Assembly: GCA_036574205.1 (NCBI GenBank)
Contig: JAINCQ010000028.1
Location: 32,001 to 96,000 of the forward strand
Length of the DNA stretch: 64,000 bases
Direction: 5' to 3'
Source of the DNA: Elusimicrobiota bacterium
GTDB lineage: Bacteria > Elusimicrobiota > Elusimicrobia > Elusimicrobiales > UBA9959
Position 1 is the first letter of the stretch, and every line of letters begins with the position of its first letter. The notes below the pieces were generated by a model that was not told the DNA's origin, made no database searches, and saw nothing but the letters and a program-made list of their open reading frames with translations. Of this stretch, positions 1-10,347 are shown in pieces. Made by a program: the position numbers and the translations under genes.

Positions 1-823
1 GTCAAGGAAAGAAAAGTGGGTTATTCTTGTTTCAAGTCTTTATGGTTGTCCCTTAAATTGTGTTTTTTGCGATGCTGGTGGAAATTTCAAGGGGTTGGTT
101 TCAAAAGAGGATATCTTCTTTCAGATAAACTATATCCTTAAAGAGTTTAAATCAGAAAATTTTTGCTGCAAAAAACTCAAAATACAGTTTGCGAGAATGG
201 GGGAGCCTTCTTTCAATGATAATGTGCTTTTGGCGCTTAATGAGATGAAGTCAAAAATAAGAGGGCATAAAATTTATCCAAGTCTTTCAACTGTTGGTCC
301 AGCTAATAGAGAAAAATTTTTTACTGAGCTACTTTATTTGAAGAAAAAGCTTTATAAAAAAACTTTTCAGCTTCAATTTTCCATTCATACCACCGACAAA
401 ACAGTAAGAGATGAAATTATAAAAGGTAAGAAAATGGATTTTGGTGAAATATCGGAATATGCAAGAGATTTTTTTGATGAAGATGGCAAAAAGATAACCC
501 TTAATTTTATTTATTCAGAAAAACTTCCGGTTTCTATTGACGTTATAAAAAAATATTTTGACAGGGAAATATTTCTTATAAAAGTCACTCCGGTCAATCC
601 GACGCTTAATGCGATAAATAATAATTTATATTCACCTTTTTCTTACGACTCTAAATCCTGGTTTAATAAGTTGCGCAGTTATGGTTATGATGTGATTGTA
701 AGCGTTGGGGAATATGAAGAAAATAAGATAGGCTCAAATTGTGGTCAGTATATAACTAATTATCTTAATTCACATAAAAATATATCGCCCAGCTATACTT
801 ATAGAATAGAAAAAGTTTTATAG
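1..823 (+). CDS. RlmN/Cfr-like radical SAM protein, 5' end outside the window
   Basis: Frame is open from base 2: SRKEKWVILVSSLYGCPLNCVFCDAG (CxxxCxxC), then FARMGEP and C-terminal GSNCGQ as in RlmN-family enzymes. Confidence 0.75.
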   Translation, partial: SRKEKWVILVSSLYGCPLNCVFCDAGGNFKGLVSKEDIFFQINYILKEFKSENFCCKKLKIQFARMGEPSFNDNVLLALNEMKSKIRGHKIYPSLSTVGPANREKFFTELLYLKKKLYKKTFQLQFSIHTTDKTVRDEIIKGKKMDFGEISEYARDFFDEDGKKITLNFIYSEKLPVSIDVIKKYFDREIFLIKVTPVNPTLNAINNNLYSPFSYDSKSWFNKLRSYGYDVIVSVGEYEENKIGSNCGQYITNYLNSHKNISPSYTYRIEKVL

Positions 824-1426
824 TTGCCAGACTCTTTTAAGTGATTTTACAAAATACTCGGTTATTGCGCTTATAGTTGTTGTTGTATCAAGTCCTTCCC
901 AGCCCATATAAGCTGACCAAATAACACTTCCTGTTTCTATATCTATCATTCTAACTGACAGCGCAACCTCAGCGGTAGTTTCAAGTATAGTGGTATCGCT
1001 TGAAGAATCTAAATTTTGGGTATAAATATTTTTACCCTTTATCTCTTTTATTGAGTCAAAAGAGGCGGCGGAGTTTTTTACAAGATATTTAGTGTTTGGT
1101 TTGAAATTTATTACGCTTCCAACAAACAGCGCGTCTATTGAAAGCATTCTGCCTATTTTTTTTCTATTATGCTGTTCTATAAGATTAGATTGGTTTAAAT
1201 TTAGCTCTTTTATAACCGAATCAATCTGCTGTCTTTCAACTACATCCGCTCCATATTTAAGCAAGGTTATAGTCATAATATCTGCCGCAGCATCTCCTTG
1301 CGGACCGCTAAAATTTAGAACTGCAACTCTTTTAATTTTAGAAAAATCAGCTTTTTTGTTTACAGCAATCTGCGGTGAGGCGCAGGAAAAAGTTAAAGCA
1401 GATAAAAAGATTATAATTTTTTTCAT
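818..1426 (-). CDS. CsgG/HfaB-like lipoprotein
   Basis: Signal peptide with lipobox LTFSC; RVAVLNF, VVERQQID, VRMIDIETGSVIWS motifs. Confidence 0.65.
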   Translation of the reverse strand: MKKIIIFLSALTFSCASPQIAVNKKADFSKIKRVAVLNFSGPQGDAAADIMTITLLKYGADVVERQQIDSVIKELNLNQSNLIEQHNRKKIGRMLSIDALFVGSVINFKPNTKYLVKNSAASFDSIKEIKGKNIYTQNLDSSSDTTILETTAEVALSVRMIDIETGSVIWSAYMGWEGLDTTTTISAITEYFVKSLKRVWQL

Positions 1427-1824
1427 TTCATTTCTTTGAGATATTTAATATGTTTTGACGCGATATCGGTTAGTTGTTTTGATTTTGAGTATTTCAGGCA
1501 GTTTTCCCAGTTTTCTATTGCTTTTGTATAATCCTTTTTCTTTTCATAAATCATTGCAATCATATAATAGATACTTGCGTTTAAAGGATCAAAGTTTTTT
1601 GCTTTTTCAAAATAAAGCAAAGCGTTGTCTATATCCTCTATTGAAAGATATAGATGCGCTATTTTTATATAATCAGGGGCTGGATTTTTAGGGTTTACTG
1701 CTGCCTTTATCTGCTCTATTTTAATTTTTATCAAAGCTATTTCTTCATCAGATTTTTTTTGTTGCTCAGCAAAAAAATAACTGCCAGCAAACAGTATAAC
1801 AAACAAGAATATAATTTTCTTCAT
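1423..1824 (-). CDS. Secreted tetratricopeptide-repeat protein
   Basis: Signal peptide; TPR pattern ALLYFEKAKNFDPLNASIYYMIAMIY...AIENWENCL. Confidence 0.75.
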   Translation of the reverse strand: MKKIIFLFVILFAGSYFFAEQQKKSDEEIALIKIKIEQIKAAVNPKNPAPDYIKIAHLYLSIEDIDNALLYFEKAKNFDPLNASIYYMIAMIYEKKKDYTKAIENWENCLKYSKSKQLTDIASKHIKYLKEMK

Positions 1825-1871
1825 AACATTTCCTAATTAAGTTTTTTTTCTATTTCTAAACTCCAATAAAA

Positions 1872-2232
1872 TGGAGGCGCCGGGATTTGCACCCGGGTCC
1901 ATAAATGATGCCACATGCTTACTACAGGTTTAGTCGCTGTTGTTTAAAGAAGGATTAGGTCAGCGACAACCATAATTCCTTCCCAGTCCGTTTGTTTTTC
2001 GCAAATTTTCATCACGGACTTACGATGAAAATTGCTATCCCGGTTAATGACGCAGTATCAATTGCCCCGGGAAAGCAATTGTCTGCGTGGACATTTAACG
2101 CTTATTAGGCGTGTGCCCATGCCATCTCGTATGAGTTGGCAGTTGTTTTTTTGACCCTTTTTTACGTGGCCGGGGTCATCCACGACCTGCAAGCGATGCG
2201 ACAACCCATCTATGTCAAGCCTATTCGCCCCC
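1872..2232 (-). ncRNA. ssrA: tmRNA; predicted tag (A)ANSYEMAWAHA at 2140..2105
   Basis: 5' GGGGGCG pairs with 3' CGCCTCC-A (G3:U alanine identity); T-arm CCGGG TGCAAAT CCCGG; about 361 nt; AACT-GCC resume context then 11 codons and TAA TAA; CCA not encoded. Confidence 0.93.
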
Positions 2233-2258
2233 TTATTGTAAAAGAACTCCTCTAATAT

Positions 2259-2286
2259 ATTTTAGCAGATTTAAATATTATATCAA
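2259..2286 (-). promoter_or_regulatory. Probable sigma70 promoter of tmRNA
   Basis: Minus strand TTGATA-16 bp-TAAAAT with extended -10 TGc. Confidence 0.5.
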
Positions 2287-2371
2287 TAGATAAAATCCTA
2301 CTTGGTTTAACCCAAGTTTGCAAAATGCCATAAACATATTTGCCAGATTTAATATCATCTAACCATAAAAC

Positions 2372-2787
2372 AACATCCACTAATTTTCCACGGCCGTGTT
2401 TAAACTGTGGATAATAATTTAGTGCAAAATTAGCTATTTATTTAAATCCCTTCCCCCACTTAAATTTATTTTTCTCTCCCTTGATGGGAGAGGAACAAGG
2501 TGAGGGTGAAAAAAAAGAGAGGGGACATAGCAGTTAAACCGTCCCGGAAGGTAATATTGTGGTTAAACTGTGGAAAATTGTTTATGTAAAGCTTGATGAG
2601 ATAAATGATAAAGTTTGTAGCTTATATGTTATGATATTGAGAAACATTATAAATGAGCTGATGAATTGGTTTTTTAGATTAGCAATTTCAAAATCATGAA
2701 AAGTCCAACCTGCCTGTGCGTGTCCGCCTGACTGCGAGTGTCTTTGCTCAGGTAGACACGCAGACAGGTATGTATAGATATCTTACA
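2372..2787 (+). repeat. Composite intergenic repeat, copy A (DnaA-box palindrome, CTCTCCC/GGGAGAG hairpin, linker, GC-rich hairpin)
   Basis: Block-wise homologous to 38540..39008 in inverted orientation; 2697..2787 is nearly identical to the reverse complement of 38540..38630. Confidence 0.85.
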
Positions 2788-2831
2788 ATTACTTGTGAAT
2801 ATGTGAGTTTTTATTGTAAAATAGTTTTATT

Positions 2832-2903
2832 GGCGCGGTAGCCAAGTGGTAAGGCCGCGGTCTGCAAAACCGCTATACGTCGGTTCGATTCCGACCCGCG
2901 CCT
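2832..2903 (+). tRNA. tRNA-Cys (GCA)
   Basis: Acceptor GGCGCGG/CCGCGCC, anticodon arm GCGGT CTGCAAA ACCGC, T-loop GGTTCGATTCC, U discriminator. Confidence 0.97.
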
Positions 2904-2925
2904 TTTTTTCTTTATAGAGGTTGAG

Positions 2926-4089
2926 ATGGAATTAAGTAAAATAGCTGTTTCAATAAAACCTTCTGCAACTCTTAGATTAAATGAAGTAGCTAACAGGCTT
3001 AAATCTGAAGGAAAAGATATAATACACCTTGGCGGCGGGGAACCAGAGTTTGATATCCCTTTAAAAGCCATAAGCCGCTCAATTGAGAAATTGAACTCTA
3101 AAAGGGTTAATTATACTCCCACCTCAGGAATAAAAAAACTCAAAGAAAAAATTTGCGAATATGCTGGCGCACTTTATGGAATTGAGCCGGATATAGATAA
3201 TATAGTTGTAAGCTCGGGAGCAAAACAGTGTATATATAATTTTTTGATGGCAACTGTTGATCCGGGAGATGAAGTTATAATTCTGGCGCCTTATTGGGTA
3301 AGTTATCCTGAGATGGTTTCAATGGTATATGGAACTCCTGTTATTGTTAAGCCTTCAAATGGACTTATCCCTTCCTGGGAGGATATCAAATCCCATATCA
3401 CATCTAATACAAAAGCGATAATGATAAATAGCCCAAATAATCCGAGCGGGCTTGTTTATCCTGATAAGTTAATGGAAAAAATTTTGACATATTGCTATGA
3501 TAATAATATATACATCCTTCTTGATTCAATATATGATCAGCTGATAATAGATGATATAAAGACTTCTTCGCCATTTTCACATACCGGTGGGATTATAGAT
3601 AATGTAATATTGGTTAACGGAGTTTCTAAATCTTTTGCTATGACTGGTTTTAGAATAGGATATTCAATATCTTCAAAACCTGTTGCAAAAGCTATGACAA
3701 AAATTCAGGCTCAGGTTACATCCTGTCCGAGTGATCTTTCTCAAGTTGCTGCAATAGGTGCTATTGAAGAAGGTAAGGATTTTACTTTAAAGCTTGTTAA
3801 CGATTTGAGAAGGAAAAGAGATATCCTCTGTGCCGGGCTTGATAAAATAAAAAAAGCTGTTTATATAAAACCACAGGCTACTTTTTATAGCTTTGTTGAT
3901 TTTTCGGCATATGAAAAAGATAGCACGAAACTTTCTTCAACCTTAATAGAAAAAGTAGGGGTTGTTACTGTTCCGGGTTGTGAGTTTGGAATGGAGGGGT
4001 ATTTGAGGATAAGCTTTTGCGGAGCAGATAACGATATAAAAAGAGGAGTTGATAGAATACGGGAATTTGTTGATGGAGGAAATTTATGA
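2926..4089 (+). CDS. PLP-dependent class I aminotransferase (aspartate aminotransferase-like)
   Basis: GEPEFD, APYWVSY, NSPNNPSG, SKSFAMTGFRIGY. Confidence 0.9.
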   Translation: MELSKIAVSIKPSATLRLNEVANRLKSEGKDIIHLGGGEPEFDIPLKAISRSIEKLNSKRVNYTPTSGIKKLKEKICEYAGALYGIEPDIDNIVVSSGAKQCIYNFLMATVDPGDEVIILAPYWVSYPEMVSMVYGTPVIVKPSNGLIPSWEDIKSHITSNTKAIMINSPNNPSGLVYPDKLMEKILTYCYDNNIYILLDSIYDQLIIDDIKTSSPFSHTGGIIDNVILVNGVSKSFAMTGFRIGYSISSKPVAKAMTKIQAQVTSCPSDLSQVAAIGAIEEGKDFTLKLVNDLRRKRDILCAGLDKIKKAVYIKPQATFYSFVDFSAYEKDSTKLSSTLIEKVGVVTVPGCEFGMEGYLRISFCGADNDIKRGVDRIREFVDGGNL

Positions 4090-5642
4090 ATGCTATTGGA
4101 TTGAATACAAAAGGGAAAATTTTTGTAAATTTAAATGAGGCTGAGCTTTATGAGCATATAATTAAAAATGATGAGGGGGTTATTTTAAATACCGGGGCAG
4201 TTTGTGTAAATACTGGAAAACATACTGCCAGAAGCGCTCAGGATAAGTTTATAGTCAAAAAAGAGCCATCATCAAATAATATAAACTGGGGTGAAAATAA
4301 TGTTCCAATAGAGGAAGATGTTTTTTTAAATTTGCTGGATAAGATGAAGGATTATCTTTCTAAAAAAGATATATATATTAGAAACTCATATATTGGCTCA
4401 AATCTTGATTTTCGTTTGAAAACAAGAGTTATAACTGAATTGGCATGGCACAGTTTATTTGTCAAAAATCTTTTCTTTGATTATGAGGGAGAGTTGAAGG
4501 ACAGTGATGTTGATTTTACCATAATATGCTTGCCTCGTTTTAAGGCTAATCCTGCGATTGATGGGACAAGAACTGAAACTTTTATAATAATAAGTTTTGA
4601 GCATAAAACAGCTATAATTGGTGGGACAGCATATGCTGGTGAGATTAAGAAAACAGCTTTTAGCGTTATGAACTATCTTCTCCCACTAAAGAATGTTTTC
4701 CCAATGCATTGCTCTGCGAATATATCCGTTAAAAATGAAACAGCAATTTTCTTTGGCCTGTCTGGAACTGGAAAAACGACTCTTTCATCAGATCCTCAAA
4801 GAAGGTTAATAGGGGATGATGAACATGGCTGGGGGGATGATGGGATTTTTAATTTTGAAGCAGGATGTTATGCTAAGGTTATAAATTTAAGTAAAGAGGC
4901 AGAGCCTCAGATATATGCTGCAGTTAATAGATATAAAAGCGTTCTTGAAAATGTAGTATTTGATAGTAATCGTATGCCTGTCTTTGAAGATGGAAGTTTT
5001 ACTGAAAATACAAGATGTGGATATCCCCTTAGTTTTATTGATAATGCAGTCTATGGAGAAAAGTTTCCTCATCCTAAGAATATAATTATGCTTGCATATG
5101 ATGCTTTTGGAGTTTTGCCACCAATAGCAAGATTAAATCACAATCAGGCAATGTATCATTTTATATCGGGATATACCGCCAAGGTTGCAAATACTGAGAT
5201 GGGGATTAAGGAGCCAAAAGCGACTTTTAGCGCCTGCTTTGGAGCTCCTTTTATGAGCCATCATCCAAAGGTTTATGCAAGTATGTTAAGCGAGAAAATG
5301 AAAAAACATAATTCTAACTGCTGGTTGATAAATACCGGGCTCAGTGGAGGTCCTTATGGAGTTGGGAAAAGAATCAGCATAAAACTAACAAGAGAGATTT
5401 TAAACTTCGCGCTTGAATATGAGGAAAACTGGGGAGTAAAATTTGAAAAAGATAAGGTTTTTGGATTTGAAATACCTCAGATTTCAAATATAGATAAAAA
5501 GCTTTTAAATCCATCGCTTTCCTGGAATAATAAAGCAGAATATGATGCTAAATACAGGGAGTTAGCTGAGATGTTTAAGAAAAACTTTCAGAGGTTTAAT
5601 ATAACCGACTCTGATATAACAAAAGGCGGTCCGCTTATATGA
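4086..5642 (+). CDS. pckA: Phosphoenolpyruvate carboxykinase (ATP)
   Basis: YAGEIKK, MHCSAN, FFGLSGTGKTTLS, LIGDDEHGW, NFEAGCYAK, TENTR. Confidence 0.97.
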   Translation: MNAIGLNTKGKIFVNLNEAELYEHIIKNDEGVILNTGAVCVNTGKHTARSAQDKFIVKKEPSSNNINWGENNVPIEEDVFLNLLDKMKDYLSKKDIYIRNSYIGSNLDFRLKTRVITELAWHSLFVKNLFFDYEGELKDSDVDFTIICLPRFKANPAIDGTRTETFIIISFEHKTAIIGGTAYAGEIKKTAFSVMNYLLPLKNVFPMHCSANISVKNETAIFFGLSGTGKTTLSSDPQRRLIGDDEHGWGDDGIFNFEAGCYAKVINLSKEAEPQIYAAVNRYKSVLENVVFDSNRMPVFEDGSFTENTRCGYPLSFIDNAVYGEKFPHPKNIIMLAYDAFGVLPPIARLNHNQAMYHFISGYTAKVANTEMGIKEPKATFSACFGAPFMSHHPKVYASMLSEKMKKHNSNCWLINTGLSGGPYGVGKRISIKLTREILNFALEYEENWGVKFEKDKVFGFEIPQISNIDKKLLNPSLSWNNKAEYDAKYRELAEMFKKNFQRFNITDSDITKGGPLI

Positions 5643-6490
5643 GATGCCTTGCTATTTTTAGAGAATTAACAAATTCTCCAAATAGAGAAAATGACGATGC
5701 TTTAATATTAAAAGCTGTCTGTGATGAACTTGTAAAGCTTGGGGTTAAGGTTCATCTTATAGAACCTGAGATTATAGATGATGTTCTAAATGAGAAATGG
5801 GATGTTGTCATTGCAATGTGCGAAAATCCTCATAACTTAAATAAAATCCGTAAAATTGATGCTATTTTTGTTAATCCAGTTGAATCAGTTTTCAATTGTT
5901 ATAGAGTCAAAATGTATGAACTTGTAAATAAAAAATGTCCTGATATTTTTCCAGAATCAGAAATAAGAAGGATGTCTGATTTTCCGGGTAAAAAGCCAGA
6001 TTTCATAGATGGTGAAGGTGTTTGGGTTAAAAGAGGGGATGTTCATAATACCTGTCTGCATGATGTTCATTATGTCAAAAAATGGGAGGATGCAGTTAGA
6101 GTGAAAAAAGATTTTGAAACAAGGAATATAACAGATGTAATGATTCAAAAACATATATCAGGCGATTTGATAAAATTTTATGGCGTTGGTCCTGGAAAAT
6201 GGCTTGATTGGTTTTATCATAAACCAACTGTTGCAATGAAATATGAATTTGATGTAAATAAATTACATAAAAACGCAATAAGATTTGCTGAGGCTGTTGG
6301 TGTTGAGGTCTATGGTGGAGATGCAATAATTACCAGAGATTCAAAAATATATATAATAGATATTAACAGCTGGCCATCTTTTGCAAGAGTAAGAGATAAA
6401 GTAAAAAGGGTAATAGCAGAGCATATTTTTAATAAAATAGCGGTAGTCAATAAAATTGGAGGAGAAAATGAAAGCGGAAACAAAAAATAA
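5639..6490 (+). CDS. ATP-grasp fold protein of unknown function
   Basis: WVKRGD, IQKHISGDLIKFYGV, VYGGDAII, IIDINSWPSF match the ATP-grasp layout. Confidence 0.65.
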   Translation: MRCLAIFRELTNSPNRENDDALILKAVCDELVKLGVKVHLIEPEIIDDVLNEKWDVVIAMCENPHNLNKIRKIDAIFVNPVESVFNCYRVKMYELVNKKCPDIFPESEIRRMSDFPGKKPDFIDGEGVWVKRGDVHNTCLHDVHYVKKWEDAVRVKKDFETRNITDVMIQKHISGDLIKFYGVGPGKWLDWFYHKPTVAMKYEFDVNKLHKNAIRFAEAVGVEVYGGDAIITRDSKIYIIDINSWPSFARVRDKVKRVIAEHIFNKIAVVNKIGGENESGNKK

Positions 6491-7823
6491 AAAAATAAAA
6501 AAATCTGGAGATTTTATCCCCGGACCTAATTCCCTTAAAATATTTGAGGAAGAACAGAAATACATAGCGCCGGGGGTTCAGAGTATTGCGCTTTTTTCTA
6601 AATTAGTTATGGAGAAAGGCGAAGGGGCTCATTTTATAGATGTAGACGGCAATAAATATCTTGATATGTATGCAGGGGTTGGAGTTGCATCTTTGGGACA
6701 CGGTCATCCTAAGTATGCAAGGGCAATCAGCGATCAGGTTTCAAAAATAAATACAGGAAGTTTTACCACAGCAAGAAGAGCAAATTATTGTAAAACCCTG
6801 GCAAAATACACTCCCGGAAATCTAAAAAGAATCCAATTTTACTCAGGCGGAGCTGAGGCGGTAGAGGCTGCTATAAGGCTTGCAAAAAGTTATACTAAAA
6901 ATTATGAGGTTGTTGGTTTTTGGGGTGGTTTCCATGGAAAAACTGGTACTGTTCTGGGGCTTCTTGATGATTTTAAAAGAGAATTGGGACCTATAATGAG
7001 TGGGATTCATTCTGTCCCATATGCTTATTGTTATAGGTGTCCATTTAAAATGGAGTATCCTTCATGCGGGCTTTATTGTGTGGAGTTTATAAGAAAGCAA
7101 TTAAAGCAGGAAAGCGCTGGAAAGATAGCCGCTTTTATTGTGGAACCGATACAGGGGACAAACGGAAATGTTGTTCCTCCACCGGATTTTCTTAAAGCTG
7201 TAAAAGAGGTGGCGTGGGAAAATAATGCGGTTTTGATAGCCGATGAGATGATATGTGGTTTTGGAAGGACGGGGAAGATGTTTGGGGTTGAACATTTTGG
7301 AGTAGTTCCTGATATAATGACTGTTGGCAAGGGCATAGCAAATGGTTTCCCGGTAGCTGGCGTTATTTCAACTGATGAGATAATAAACTCAAAACCATTT
7401 GCAAATCCAAGTGGGAGTTCATCCAGTTATGGGGGAAATCCCCTTGCAGGATGTGCGTGTGATGTTACATTAAGCGTTATAATAGAGGAAAACCTTGTTG
7501 AAAATTCAAGAAAAGTTGGTGAGTATTTGCTTAATGAGTTTAAAAAACTTCAGGAAAAATACAGGTTTATAGGTGATGTGAGAGGAAAAGGACTTATGAT
7601 AGGGGTTGAACTGGTGAAAGATAGAAAAACAAAAGAACATCTTGATAAACATATAACAAGAAGATTATTTGATGAATGTTTAAAACGCGGAATGATTTCA
7701 ATGTGCTATTCTCACACTATAAGAGTAAACCCTCCGCTTGTTATAACGCAAAAGGAAGCTGAAACTGCTATAAGAATTTATGATGAAGCTTTTAGCGCTA
7801 TATCAAAGGAATTTAATATTTGA
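6468..7823 (+). CDS. Class III PLP-dependent aminotransferase
   Basis: DVDGNKYLD, GGAEAVEAA, FHGKT, VEPIQG, LIADEMICGFGRTG, PDIMTVGKGIANG; ATG follows GGAGG. Confidence 0.92.
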   Translation: MKAETKNKKIKKSGDFIPGPNSLKIFEEEQKYIAPGVQSIALFSKLVMEKGEGAHFIDVDGNKYLDMYAGVGVASLGHGHPKYARAISDQVSKINTGSFTTARRANYCKTLAKYTPGNLKRIQFYSGGAEAVEAAIRLAKSYTKNYEVVGFWGGFHGKTGTVLGLLDDFKRELGPIMSGIHSVPYAYCYRCPFKMEYPSCGLYCVEFIRKQLKQESAGKIAAFIVEPIQGTNGNVVPPPDFLKAVKEVAWENNAVLIADEMICGFGRTGKMFGVEHFGVVPDIMTVGKGIANGFPVAGVISTDEIINSKPFANPSGSSSSYGGNPLAGCACDVTLSVIIEENLVENSRKVGEYLLNEFKKLQEKYRFIGDVRGKGLMIGVELVKDRKTKEHLDKHITRRLFDECLKRGMISMCYSHTIRVNPPLVITQKEAETAIRIYDEAFSAISKEFNI

Positions 7824-7835
7824 TTAATTGATAGT

Positions 7836-8831
7836 ATGAAAAAACTTGCAATTGTTGGCTTTGGCGCTGTTTGCGAAAATGCTCACGCAAAAGCCTTAAA
7901 TGAATTAAAAGATATTATTACACCTGTATGTGTTTTTGATCTATCAAAGGAAAGGATAAAAAAAGCGGTTGAAATTCTTAAAGTTGTGGGGTATGAAAGC
8001 CTTGATGAGATGATAGAGAAAGAAAAAATAGATGTAGCTCTTGTTTCCACTCCTCCATCAACCCATAAGGATATAATAATAAAACTTCTTGAAAAAGGGA
8101 TAGATGTATTATGCGAAAAACCCTTATGTGTTAATTTAAGCGAGTTTGATGAGATATCTGATGCGGTTTATTCAAACGAAAAGATAGTATATACTGTACA
8201 TAACTGGAAATATTCCCCTCATATATTGAAGATAAAAGAGTTAATTCCTGAAATTGGTGAGTTGAAATATGTAGAATGGAAGACTTTAAGAAAAAACCCT
8301 TCTCAGTCAGCATCATATAACTGGAGAATAGATCCCAGACTTAGTGGGGGGGGAATAGTATTTGATCATGGATGGCATGTCATATATATTTTAAATTCGC
8401 TTATAGGGAAGAGAATTTGTGATATAAATGCTCAATTTGATTTTACTCAAAATTTAATAGATGAGGTTGCTGATTTAACACTGGTTTATGAGGATAAAAC
8501 AATAGCAAATATTCATTTAAGCTGGAAATCCTGTTTGAGAAAAAATTTTATCTTTGCATATGGCTCTAAAGGAATTCTAATTTTTGATGATGATATAATA
8601 AAAATAGAAAAAAAAGATGGCGAAAAAATAGAATTTTCTTTTGATGAAAAGCTATCAGCATCATCCGCTCATCCTCTCTGGACAAAATATATTTATATGG
8701 ATTTTATTAAAGCCATAGATGATAGAGGTAAGTTTGAAGAAAATTTTGATGAGGCAAGACAGTGTATCAAAACTATAATGGCTGGCTATAAGTATTATGA
8801 TCAGAGAAAAGATAAAGCTATATGTAATTGA
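7836..8831 (+). CDS. Gfo/Idh/MocA family NAD(P)-dependent oxidoreductase
   Basis: AIVGFG Rossmann start, VLCEKPL, SGGGIVFDHGWH. Confidence 0.9.
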   Translation: MKKLAIVGFGAVCENAHAKALNELKDIITPVCVFDLSKERIKKAVEILKVVGYESLDEMIEKEKIDVALVSTPPSTHKDIIIKLLEKGIDVLCEKPLCVNLSEFDEISDAVYSNEKIVYTVHNWKYSPHILKIKELIPEIGELKYVEWKTLRKNPSQSASYNWRIDPRLSGGGIVFDHGWHVIYILNSLIGKRICDINAQFDFTQNLIDEVADLTLVYEDKTIANIHLSWKSCLRKNFIFAYGSKGILIFDDDIIKIEKKDGEKIEFSFDEKLSASSAHPLWTKYIYMDFIKAIDDRGKFEENFDEARQCIKTIMAGYKYYDQRKDKAICN

Positions 8832-9273
8832 ACTAATAAGACTTGGGATATTGCTGATAACTTTTTATATGCTTGAAAGTTTTTTAACCTCACTTTCATT
8901 TATATCTGAATTAACCATTTTTTCAAATAAAATCCTTTTTACAGAATTTTTAGCCTTTTTATTCTTGTCTCTGTCTTGTTATATAATTTATGAGTTTTCT
9001 GTAAGAACCAGGAATATAGTAAATGAGATGTTTCCTATTATTCCAGATGCTGGGCTTATTCATTGTTTTATTATATATCTGATAGTAATTGTTTTATCTT
9101 ATTTTGCCGGGATTGGTATTTTTAGAAAAGTAGTAGAAGAGGATTTGTGGTGGAGTTATAATCTTGTTTTTATAGGTTTTTTGATTTATTATTCTGCTAA
9201 AATTGGGTTGGTAGTTTATAAAAACAGCCATACAATAAGCTCTAATATATTTGAAACATTTAAAAAATTTTAA
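8797..9273 (+). CDS. Hypothetical membrane protein (about 4 TM)
   Basis: 158-aa ORF within the operon with four hydrophobic segments. Confidence 0.65.
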   Translation: MIREKIKLYVIELIRLGILLITFYMLESFLTSLSFISELTIFSNKILFTEFLAFLFLSLSCYIIYEFSVRTRNIVNEMFPIIPDAGLIHCFIIYLIVIVLSYFAGIGIFRKVVEEDLWWSYNLVFIGFLIYYSAKIGLVVYKNSHTISSNIFETFKKF

Positions 9274-9282
9274 GGAGGATAT

Positions 9283-10137
9283 ATGAAATTATTATTTTTG
9301 ATTTTCAGCTATCTTGTTTTTGCTGAAGACTATTCCATCCAGCCGTATGCTGTTATAAGCGATACAAAGATGATAAATGAAGGTTCTACTCTTGTTAAAA
9401 GTAAGAAATACGATGTGTTATGGACATTAAATGACTCGGGAGATACTGCAAGAATCTTTGCAATTGATTTATCAGGTAAGGTTATAAAGCCCCAATGGCT
9501 AAAAAAATACAATGGAATTAAAATAGTTGATGCGGCTAATATAGATTGGGAAGCAATGACATATGATAATGAGGGAAATCTTATAATCGCAGATATAGGT
9601 AATAACTATAACTATAGAACCGACCTTGCTTTATATAAAATAGCAGAGCCAAACCCATTTTATGCTGATCAGTCAGGGATAATTTCAAAGTATCTTATAA
9701 GATATCCTGACCAAAAAGGGTTTCCACCATCACCAAATGATATGAATTTTGATGCGGAAGCTATTTTTTATTATAAAGGAAAGCTTTATTTAATAGCCAA
9801 AACTAGATCAACAACCATAGCTACTATTTATAGGTTTGATTCTTTAAAGCCATGGGATATAAATATCCCACAAGTGTCAGCTAAATTTGACTTTAAATCA
9901 ATGGTTACAGATGCCGCAGTATCTGAAGATGAAAAGCACATTGCAGTTTTAACATATAATTATGTATGGCTTTTTGAAACTGAGGATAAAGAAAATCCCT
10001 TTTCAGGTCGTTTTTATAATAAGGAAATATCACTTGGACAATGCGAGGGTATCAGTTTTTTAAACAATAATGAGATTGTTATTTCAAATGAGGAAGGGTA
10101 TTTGTTTAAAATAAAAATCTCAGATTTGAAAAAATAA
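9283..10137 (+). CDS. Secreted protein, probable beta-propeller
   Basis: AGGAGG RBS, signal peptide, blade-like motifs WTLNDSG, DWEAMT, IADIGNN, FDAEAI, VTDAAVS, QCEGISF. Confidence 0.65.
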   Translation: MKLLFLIFSYLVFAEDYSIQPYAVISDTKMINEGSTLVKSKKYDVLWTLNDSGDTARIFAIDLSGKVIKPQWLKKYNGIKIVDAANIDWEAMTYDNEGNLIIADIGNNYNYRTDLALYKIAEPNPFYADQSGIISKYLIRYPDQKGFPPSPNDMNFDAEAIFYYKGKLYLIAKTRSTTIATIYRFDSLKPWDINIPQVSAKFDFKSMVTDAAVSEDEKHIAVLTYNYVWLFETEDKENPFSGRFYNKEISLGQCEGISFLNNNEIVISNEEGYLFKIKISDLKK

Positions 10138-10347
10138 AGACACAACTTATCCCTGAAAGCTTTTCAGAAAATCCAGATGACAATACTTTTTAATTCGTGT
10201 TTCCTCTAAGTAATCTTATTTTTTTATATGGTGATAATATATAGGGCAGAAAAGAATAAAATTTAAATTCAAAATTGTTTCTATTATCCTTATTAATATT
10301 TTTAAAATGATATAATTTAATATGAATTGATTTTTTTGGAGGCGCTT

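Noticed and set aside
2372..2830. Possible oriC because of a DnaA box in AT-rich DNA
   Set aside because: Only one perfect box, belonging to a dispersed repeat; no box cluster and no dnaA/dnaN nearby.
2811..3071. 86-aa minus-strand ORF and the many other short antisense or off-frame ORFs in the track
   Set aside because: They overlap tRNA-Cys or well-supported genes and show no recognisable motifs; treated as shadow ORFs.
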